A DNA stretch of 64,000 nucleotides, from assembly GCA_038883655.1 (NCBI GenBank), contig JAVZLQ010000004.1:168468-232467 (forward strand), in the 5' to 3' direction. This stretch comes from Candidatus Bathyarchaeia archaeon (GTDB taxonomy: Archaea > Thermoproteota > Bathyarchaeia > Bathyarchaeales > Bathycorpusculaceae). Position numbers and translations under genes: made by a program. Under the pieces are notes generated by a model. That model did no database searches and was not told the origin of the DNA. It saw only the letters and a list, made by a program, of their open reading frames with translations. Positions 56,621 to 64,000 of the stretch are shown in pieces. Positions within the stretch are counted from its first letter, which is position 1. Each line of letters starts with the position of its first letter.

Positions 56621-57643
56621 CTAAAGTGGCTCTGCAATAAGGAGATTATGTTTGTTGGCGACAACCCTAGCTTTCACGTTTGCGCCTATTGGAATTTCCT
56701 CAGCATTAACAAGTGTTAGACTTCTGTCGCCCTTCTGCGTGACAGCGAGTTTTTCTCTTTTAAGCCATCCTGGTCCAACAACCTTCACTTTGATTTTTTC
56801 AAACTTTTTGTATGGCACTGGCAGTATCTGCCTCCTATGTACGCCAAAATCTCCTGAGGTTATTATGAGTTTTACGCCAAAATCGTGTTCCCAAGCTTTC
56901 AGTTGTGAATAGAATTTTTTCCATGAAATCGCCTTTACGCCTTTTGGTTTCCTTCCATGCTTGTGCCTTTCGTATTTTTGTATGCCCAAAGGTGGAAATC
57001 TTCTTCCAGCACCAACGTTAATTGCCAACCTAATTATTTTTGGTATCTCCGTATCATTTAGGCTTGGAATCCAAACTGGTGCAAGAAGCAAATCAATTTT
57101 TGTGCTTGAAACTATATAGTGCATAAGTTCAACTATCTTTTCAATGTCGTACCATTTCGCGTCAGCCAGCTTTTTCGCTAAGTTAGGCTCTAAAGCATCC
57201 ACTGAAAGGTTTAGGCGCGTCAAGCCAGCACTTGAAAGGCGGTCTAGGATTTTCTCGTTTAATAGTGCACCATGCGTCTGCATAGAAACAACGTCTACTC
57301 CGCTTATCTGATTTAAGCGTGCAACAAGCTCGACGATGTCCGGGTAAGTGGTTGGATCTCCAACGGTGTCTATGTGCGCCTCAATGCGCTTTTCGCCTTT
57401 GTAAGCCACGATTTTCCTAAATTCCTCAACTAGGTAGTCTATTGGCACGATGTATTCTGTTTGGCGTATTTTTGATTTTGGTCCAGCGTTTGTGGAGCAG
57501 AATATGCATGAAAGTGGGCATGTTGAGATTGGACGAACTTGTATAACGTTTGTTCCCCTGTCGATTAGTCCGAAGGCTATGTTGCCCACAAGCGGGATAT
57601 CGCTTGAAATTTCGAATAGGCACTTGTTAGTACTTGTTTTCAA
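56621..57643 (-). CDS. Conserved archaeal radical SAM protein with a C-terminal TRAM-like domain
   Basis: IPLVG..AFGLIDRGTN, CPLSCIFCS, EAHID..G.P. Confidence 0.88.
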   Translation of the reverse strand: MKTSTNKCLFEISSDIPLVGNIAFGLIDRGTNVIQVRPISTCPLSCIFCSTNAGPKSKIRQTEYIVPIDYLVEEFRKIVAYKGEKRIEAHIDTVGDPTTYPDIVELVARLNQISGVDVVSMQTHGALLNEKILDRLSSAGLTRLNLSVDALEPNLAKKLADAKWYDIEKIVELMHYIVSSTKIDLLLAPVWIPSLNDTEIPKIIRLAINVGAGRRFPPLGIQKYERHKHGRKPKGVKAISWKKFYSQLKAWEHDFGVKLIITSGDFGVHRRQILPVPYKKFEKIKVKVVGPGWLKREKLAVTQKGDRSLTLVNAEEIPIGANVKARVVANKHNLLIAEPL

Positions 57644-57780
57644 TGGAGTGGGTTCACCCTTAATGGATTGGTTCTCGCCCCTTTTAATGTTTGGCTTCAG
57701 TTTTTCGAGAGGAAAAAGAATAGAAAATTATTTTTGTGTTATCCTATGAAATATGTCAATTCTGGAGTTGAAAACTGGAA

Positions 57781-58785
57781 ATGCGGAGAGAAGACTTTCT
57801 TGCCGAACCAGTAAAACACATTAGAATTAATGGAAAACTCACTGTGGACCAGCTTATCCAGCAATTTAAAAATGCTGGCTCGTTTGGGGCTGGAAGGCTC
57901 GCAACAGCATGCGACATATATGAGCGAATGCTACGCGACAGGGAATGCACAATATTTTTGGCGCTTGCTGGGGCTGTTGTTCCAGCTGGACTGCGTACGC
58001 TTATTGCGGACATTACGCGCAAGAGGCTTATTGACGTTATTGTGAGCACTGGCGCGAACATGGTTCATGACGCCATAGAGGCTTTGGGCGGACACCATTA
58101 TAAGGGGCACTGGGTTGCTGACGATTGGCTGCTTTACAAGTATCACATATACCGCATATACGACGTTTTTGTGCCAGAAGAAGACTTTTCTAGACTTGAT
58201 TATAGGATTGCAGAAATGTACGAGGAAATAGCAGCTGAAAGGAAAGGCGAAAGCCTATCTTCAAGGGAGTTTGCGTGGGAATTAGGCAAGCGCCTAAACG
58301 ATCCTGACTCGATTTTAAGGGCAGCCTACGAGGCAAAAGTGCCAATTTTTCTTCCAGCGGTGAGAGATTCGGAATTTGGATTTATACACTGGCTTCACGC
58401 AGTTAAGGAGAATGTGCGCTGTAAGCTTGTTTTGGACGCCTTTAAGGACGTGCAAGAAATAGTTGAAATTTGCAGAGACTCTTCAAGAAACGGCATGATA
58501 GTTATTGGTGGCGGAGTGCCGAGAAACACTGTTCAATCAGCAGCTTTATCTGCCAAAAAGGGCATGGACTACGCCATAGTTATAACCATGGACCGTCCAG
58601 AAACTGGCGGTTTATCTGGTTCCACACTTTCTGAAACTGTTAGTTGGGGCAAAGTGAAGAGTAAGGCGGACAAGGTTATGATTATCGGCGATGCCATGAT
58701 AGTTTTCCCAATAATTGTTGCTGCTGCAATTGAAAGGCTCGGCGAAAACTTTGACAGGACATTATTAAAGTTTGGAGGAGGCTGA
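57781..58785 (+). CDS. dys: Deoxyhypusine synthase
   Basis: STGAN.VHD, GGGVPRN, GGLSGS..SETVSWGK. Confidence 0.93.
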   Translation: MRREDFLAEPVKHIRINGKLTVDQLIQQFKNAGSFGAGRLATACDIYERMLRDRECTIFLALAGAVVPAGLRTLIADITRKRLIDVIVSTGANMVHDAIEALGGHHYKGHWVADDWLLYKYHIYRIYDVFVPEEDFSRLDYRIAEMYEEIAAERKGESLSSREFAWELGKRLNDPDSILRAAYEAKVPIFLPAVRDSEFGFIHWLHAVKENVRCKLVLDAFKDVQEIVEICRDSSRNGMIVIGGGVPRNTVQSAALSAKKGMDYAIVITMDRPETGGLSGSTLSETVSWGKVKSKADKVMIIGDAMIVFPIIVAAAIERLGENFDRTLLKFGGG

Positions 58786-58786
58786 A

Positions 58787-59002
58787 ATGAAAGAGAAAGC
58801 AGATGTGGAACCGCAAAGATGTTGCGGAAACTGTGGAAATCATGCCCCTTATGAATATCCAGACAGAATTTTCTGTTCAGTGCTCTTCTGCAAGGGAAGA
58901 AACCCCATAGTTGAAACCTTGTGGTGCTGTGAATACTGGAATCCAAGCAGCCAAGAATGTTACTGCATAAAAGAAGCTTTGAAAAGCAAAGCTAACAAAT
59001 AA
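58787..59002 (+). CDS. Small Cys-rich protein
   Basis: CCGNCGNH...C...C...WCCEYW...CYC; starts 1 nt after the dys stop. Confidence 0.7.
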   Translation: MKEKADVEPQRCCGNCGNHAPYEYPDRIFCSVLFCKGRNPIVETLWCCEYWNPSSQECYCIKEALKSKANK

Positions 59003-59074
59003 ACTCCCTCTATTTTTAAGTTTAGAAGCAAACGCTAAAGTTATTACGAAGAGAGAAGCCTTTCAAATTGTAAA

Positions 59075-59150
59075 AGCCCGGTGGTGTAGCGGTCAAGCAT
59101 GGAGGCCTCTGGAGCCTCTGACGAGAGTTCGAATCTCTCCCGGGCTACCA
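59075..59150 (+). tRNA. tRNA-Gln(CTG)
   Basis: AGCCCGG/CCGGGCT acceptor (A1-U72), GAGGC-CT-CTG-GA-GCCTC, GTTCGAATC, genomic CCA. Confidence 0.96.
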
Positions 59151-59245
59151 CTACATTGTATATTTTTGTGATGAAGAGGGCACATTGGTTAGATTTTCCC
59201 AAGTTGCAATAAAATGTAGAAAAACAAAGGAATCGATATTTATTT

Positions 59246-59797
59246 TCATGCAGGTAATGCGAAGACGATTAAAGAGCGATCTTGTGCGTATGCTGCAGCA
59301 AGAAATGAGAATACTCGCCACTGTATTTTGATTGTATACTTTCCTGGGCTAACATTATCCATGTAGAATGTGAATGAATGTGAGGCTGTAACACTTGAAT
59401 TTGTTATGACAATTGCGCTTGAGGCTGGGCGGGCTTGCGTCGTCGCGTTAATCATAGCTCTGGCATAAAGGTAATTTCCTCCAGTGTTTTGAGCCTCCAT
59501 ACTAAACATAATTATCAGCATACTCTTTCTACTTAGAGTTAGGTCCACGGACATGTCAGGTATATCCACAAAATTGGTTGATGTTGTGGATACTTCTTCG
59601 GTGGACGTTGTTGCGTTATGTGGGATTCCGAGGGAAGCCAATTTGAGGTATGTTATTGCACTGTCCGCAATTTGATTTGTGCCGATAGGAGCGGGAGTAA
59701 TAAGGTGGACAATAGCCAACGTGGTAAGTAAAGATAGAATCCACGTTACAGCGACTATGGAAATTGCTTTTCTCGCGGAAATCGTTCCTTCAGTCAT
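59246..59797 (-). CDS. Membrane-anchored beta-rich hypothetical protein
   Basis: N-terminal TM, IGTNQIADSAIT..KLA repeat-like motif, beta-sandwich-like C-terminus. Confidence 0.7.
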   Translation of the reverse strand: MTEGTISARKAISIVAVTWILSLLTTLAIVHLITPAPIGTNQIADSAITYLKLASLGIPHNATTSTEEVSTTSTNFVDIPDMSVDLTLSRKSMLIIMFSMEAQNTGGNYLYARAMINATTQARPASSAIVITNSSVTASHSFTFYMDNVSPGKYTIKIQWRVFSFLAAAYAQDRSLIVFALPA

Positions 59798-59865
59798 TTT
59801 CTTTCATTTCCTCCATTTTGCTCACCAATTTATTTTATTTATTTAAAAGGCTTTACAGCTATACA

Positions 59866-60672
59866 TCATGTGGGTATCGGTTTTCGCTTGTATACTCTGT
59901 AACCAAGCATAATTAACGTGGCGATTATTGTCCATGCTGTTGCTGTGTGTGTAGCTGTTGCGTTTACGTTGTGTACGTTTATTTGTGTTGGGTCTTGTGT
60001 TAGGAAGACTGCGCAGAAGGCGAATATGGCTATTGTTAAAGCGCTTAACGCGTCTATCAACTTTTCTTTTTGTTGCGTTGTGCAGGTGGCTTGTTTTGGA
60101 ATTGACCTTTTGAAGACTAGAGCTGTTATGGCTAGGGTTATGGCGATTGCGATGTATGCTTGTGGGTTGATTCGTGGGGCTTGCGGCATATTTAGCTGTA
60201 TGCTTATGCGGTAGAGCAAGCCTACAAGAACAAGTGTTGTTAACAGAGCAGTTTTTTGTGTGCGTGAAAGCAATTTTTGGTTCCAGTTGCGTGGGAAAAG
60301 GCGTGTTGCAATGTAGAATGTTAGGACGCCTTGGATCATGCCCCACCAGAAAAAGTTGACAAAGAAAAGCGCTGCCCAATTTACGCCAAAAAATTGTGGT
60401 TCCGTGAATTGGGTTGCTGGAACAAAAAGCGTAAAAGCTGTGCCGAAGAAGAATCCCGCAATTGCTACGTTATAGTCTTTTAGGCGATATTTAGCGATTA
60501 GGTCTTCGAGTATTGCAAAGTATGGAAAATAAACCAAAAACAAGAATAATGGTAGGGCTGGACGTGCGGCTAAGTTGTTTATGCCACGCATGGAATACTC
60601 AAACAACAGGTTGAAAGCTGTTGCGGCGAACACGATTTTCCAGTGACTCAACGCTAACTGTGCTCCTTGCAT
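59866..60672 (-). CDS. Polytopic membrane protein
   Basis: About 8 hydrophobic segments. Confidence 0.75.
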   Translation of the reverse strand: MQGAQLALSHWKIVFAATAFNLLFEYSMRGINNLAARPALPLFLFLVYFPYFAILEDLIAKYRLKDYNVAIAGFFFGTAFTLFVPATQFTEPQFFGVNWAALFFVNFFWWGMIQGVLTFYIATRLFPRNWNQKLLSRTQKTALLTTLVLVGLLYRISIQLNMPQAPRINPQAYIAIAITLAITALVFKRSIPKQATCTTQQKEKLIDALSALTIAIFAFCAVFLTQDPTQINVHNVNATATHTATAWTIIATLIMLGYRVYKRKPIPT

Positions 60673-60803
60673 AGGATTATGCGAGTTTCTTTATTAACAA
60701 GTGCGTGTTTGATATTTGCATTACAGTTTATCCTTTTTGTGTTAAGTTTGAGCTGGAAATATGGCAAATTTAATATAGAATATCCGTCGAGTAAGTTCGG
60801 AGA

Positions 60804-61412
60804 GTGAATATAATCAAAATAAAGATAGATGGGAAACTTCTAACGTGGCTTTTGATTGGCATATTGATAGGCGTTTTGATTCCGCTGAGCATCTTCTACG
60901 TAAACAGCATAACGTCAAAAACAGAAGCGGCGAGCGAAGAAGGAAACACAACAATAATACGCGTATACCGCGAATACCGCATGATTGAGCCTATATCTGG
61001 CTTTGAACAATATTCAATTATATCTTACAACTACTTTCTGGATGTTGAGCATAGGATATATCCAGAATCCATCGTGGTACCACCAAAGTCACATGTGGAT
61101 TTAGGGATAGACTACACATGCAACATTCTTGGTTCAGGCGAGTGGGACGTCCAACCTTCAGAAAAAGTGAAGTGCATCGTGGAAGTGCCGCGATTACCAT
61201 CAAACTGCTCAATTGAAACATGGCTTGACACAGTTTCCGACACTTACAACCGTGAATTCTATGTAGTGATAACATTTACCAACCCAAACAACGAGCCTTG
61301 GAACGTCGGCAGACCACTGGTGACTATTCTCGGAATGATTCTGGGGTATTCCTCAGACACGACCATGCCCGAAGTGGAAGTCATCATTGAAACAAGTACA
61401 CTACTACCGTAA
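60804..61412 (+). CDS. Membrane-anchored hypothetical protein
   Basis: N-terminal TM followed by a beta-rich domain. Confidence 0.65.
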   Translation: MNIIKIKIDGKLLTWLLIGILIGVLIPLSIFYVNSITSKTEAASEEGNTTIIRVYREYRMIEPISGFEQYSIISYNYFLDVEHRIYPESIVVPPKSHVDLGIDYTCNILGSGEWDVQPSEKVKCIVEVPRLPSNCSIETWLDTVSDTYNREFYVVITFTNPNNEPWNVGRPLVTILGMILGYSSDTTMPEVEVIIETSTLLP

Positions 61413-61443
61413 AACACGTTTCAAATGCGTTGAAGGGATACAA

Positions 61444-62121
61444 ATGAAGAGAACCCTAACGTTCACAGTGCTATTTCTAAGCTTAGCATTAGCCCTATAC
61501 ACTAACAATAATCTTGCTCAACCACCTAGGGTGTTTGCCCTAGAACCAAGCATAGAATCATGTGACAGTGCTGGCAACACCGTTAACACGTTTAACGTGG
61601 GCGATGCAGTTTATGTGAAGGGAAGCGGTTTAGAACCAGGCGGAACATACAACATCTACATAGTTCAAGATTATTCGCCATGGACTCCTTCGGAAACGCA
61701 TATTTCAGACCTCTATGTGGTGGTTGGACCAATAACAGTTGATGTTGACGCGGAAGGCAATCTAGAAAACCAGTCAGTGCTAATATGGGAATCAGCAAGC
61801 GTTGGGCAATATGACATTTGGGCAGACTCACAAACAGACGGCGAAATAGGCTTTTATGATGAATGCGACGCAGTAGACAAACTCGGCGTAGAAGCGACAG
61901 GCTTCATCGTAATCCCAGAACTGCTCCTAATCACAATTCCACTGCTATTCGCTTACATAACAATAATAACAATAAAACAAAGAAAAACATTCAAAACAAA
62001 TTCCCCCACTTTCTTTGATAATTTTAATTATCTAACCGAACATAATCAGGATGATGTAATCGGTCAATCGATTATAAAGGAAAATCATTCACTCAACATA
62101 AGTGAGAAGAGTGTTCAATGA
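61444..62121 (+). CDS. Secreted protein with a PEF-CTERM-like anchor
   Basis: Signal peptide from ATG 61444, acidic domain, VIPEL + TM + KQRK. Confidence 0.7.
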   Translation: MKRTLTFTVLFLSLALALYTNNNLAQPPRVFALEPSIESCDSAGNTVNTFNVGDAVYVKGSGLEPGGTYNIYIVQDYSPWTPSETHISDLYVVVGPITVDVDAEGNLENQSVLIWESASVGQYDIWADSQTDGEIGFYDECDAVDKLGVEATGFIVIPELLLITIPLLFAYITIITIKQRKTFKTNSPTFFDNFNYLTEHNQDDVIGQSIIKENHSLNISEKSVQ

Positions 62122-62316
62122 ATGAAATTCCAGTGCCCAACTTGTGGCAACAAATTCAACGTATCAAGATTAAAACTCTTTTTTGTGCGCTGTTTCAGCG
62201 GTTACAAGACAAGTGCACGGTTCCCAAAACCAGACCCAACAATAATTCCAGATGCGGCATACTATCTTAAATGCCCGAAATGCGGCAAAAAATCTTGGGT
62301 AACCCCTCTGCATTAA
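62122..62316 (+). CDS. Small zinc-ribbon protein
   Basis: FQCPTC...YLKCPKCGKKSW. Confidence 0.7.
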   Translation: MKFQCPTCGNKFNVSRLKLFFVRCFSGYKTSARFPKPDPTIIPDAAYYLKCPKCGKKSWVTPLH

Positions 62317-63170
62317 ACGTTTGAAAGCACCCATGAACCGTCGCATGTGGCAGTGTTTAGCTGGCTTAAGCCTTCTCTACATGTTCCAAACTTGACGCCA
62401 TGTTTCTTCGCCGCGTCGCCAACAGCCTTCAAAAGTTTAAAACGCAGTTCCTTCGGAAGATAAGTGTACCTGCCAATTTTTTCTCCACATTCAAAGTAAA
62501 GTTCTCGCAATTTTTCAGCCTTTTCTGGCAGTGCTATGCTTACCCTTTGCCAATTGTCGCTCTTCGCCTTATACGTTGAAGCAGTTATGTGCTTAACACC
62601 CATAGCGGCTAAAGCTTCAACCAAGCTCTGCACATCATCATTAACAAAAGGTATTATCGGGTCTATGCGCACAGTCACGGGCACACCCTTCGCAATTAAG
62701 GTTTCAACAGCCTTCAAACGCCTAGAAGGCGAAGGCGCACAAGGCTCAATGACTTTTGCAAGCCCTTCATCAACAGTCGTAATCGTCAAAGAAACCGTGG
62801 AAGGCATCTTCTTAAAGAGGTCAATGTCCCTAACAACAATGTCCGACTTCGTTATAATCTGAACCTTACACTCGTGCTGACATAAGATTTCAAGGCATTT
62901 CCGCGTAAGACAATTTTCAACCTCCAAGCGCGGGTAAGGATCAGAAGAATTCGCAATCGAAACCAACTCGCCCCTCAAGTGCGCAGCATCCCGCCTAAGC
63001 CTAGCAACCAAATCCCGCTTCGGCCTACAAACAAAAAACCTCGGAACATAACTCGAAACATAACAATAAACACACTTATGGTCACATCCAGTGTAAGGGT
63101 TAAAAGTCAACTTAGGCGGACAAGTACAAAACCCAGAACGCCAAGGATCAAACCGTTTGATTAAATCCAA
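62313..63170 (-). CDS. SPL-family radical SAM protein
   Basis: CTCPPK, NPYTGCDHKCVYCY, SDPY, RIDPIIP, CREG...CDG. Confidence 0.9.
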   Translation of the reverse strand: MDLIKRFDPWRSGFCTCPPKLTFNPYTGCDHKCVYCYVSSYVPRFFVCRPKRDLVARLRRDAAHLRGELVSIANSSDPYPRLEVENCLTRKCLEILCQHECKVQIITKSDIVVRDIDLFKKMPSTVSLTITTVDEGLAKVIEPCAPSPSRRLKAVETLIAKGVPVTVRIDPIIPFVNDDVQSLVEALAAMGVKHITASTYKAKSDNWQRVSIALPEKAEKLRELYFECGEKIGRYTYLPKELRFKLLKAVGDAAKKHGVKFGTCREGLSQLNTATCDGSWVLSNV

Positions 63171-63339
63171 ACAGCCTCACCCGCCCAAAGAAAACAACAC
63201 ACAAGACAAACAAAAAGCTATTCGCAAAAACCTAGAGGGGCTATCCACTATTACAAAAATTCTAAGCCAATAAAACATGGAAAACCACCACGCACAAGCC
63301 AAACCATCAAAGTTCACCAGAAAATCGCCCAGACACCAC

Positions 63340-64000
<661 letters not shown>

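Noticed and set aside
59151-62316. Provirus integrated at tRNA-Gln
   Set aside because: No integrase, capsid, packaging ATPase or att duplication could be recognised.
154-63164. Numerous antisense or alternate-frame ORFs in the track (e.g. 6824-7480, 15162-15812, 27009-27563)
   Set aside because: They lie opposite or within well-supported genes and carry no recognisable motifs.

Overview
Archaeal chromosomal segment, most consistent with a Bathyarchaeia/TACK genome. Markers: archaeal NusA, eL13, eL15, RNase P Pop5/Rpp30, class I CCA enzyme, deoxyhypusine synthase, a BHB-intron tRNA, and a 23S rRNA 3' end with no linked 5S. The window is gene-dense and mostly housekeeping or metabolic. Most notable: (1) a hingeless Smc5/6-like ATPase operon with kleisin and KITE partners; (2) a 183-aa RpoH carrying a eukaryote-Rpb5-like N-terminal jaw domain, outside the rpo operon; (3) an arrestin-fold/zinc-ribbon/SPFH membrane-scaffold cluster with a truncated SPFH-tail paralog; (4) a B12 mutase with isobutyryl-CoA-mutase residues near Cys-less thiolase-fold proteins; (5) a pentameric ligand-gated ion channel; (6) bacterial-type NrdR with an NrdR box inside an archaeal promoter; (7) an unannotated double-guide C/D sRNA predicted to target the 23S P-loop (Gm2251) and helix 93. 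Also present: a candidate eL15 leader RNA, a candidate stand-alone hairpin RNA, and two frameshifted genes. No CRISPR array, integrase or transposase was seen. All assignments come from motif recognition by eye; no searches were run.
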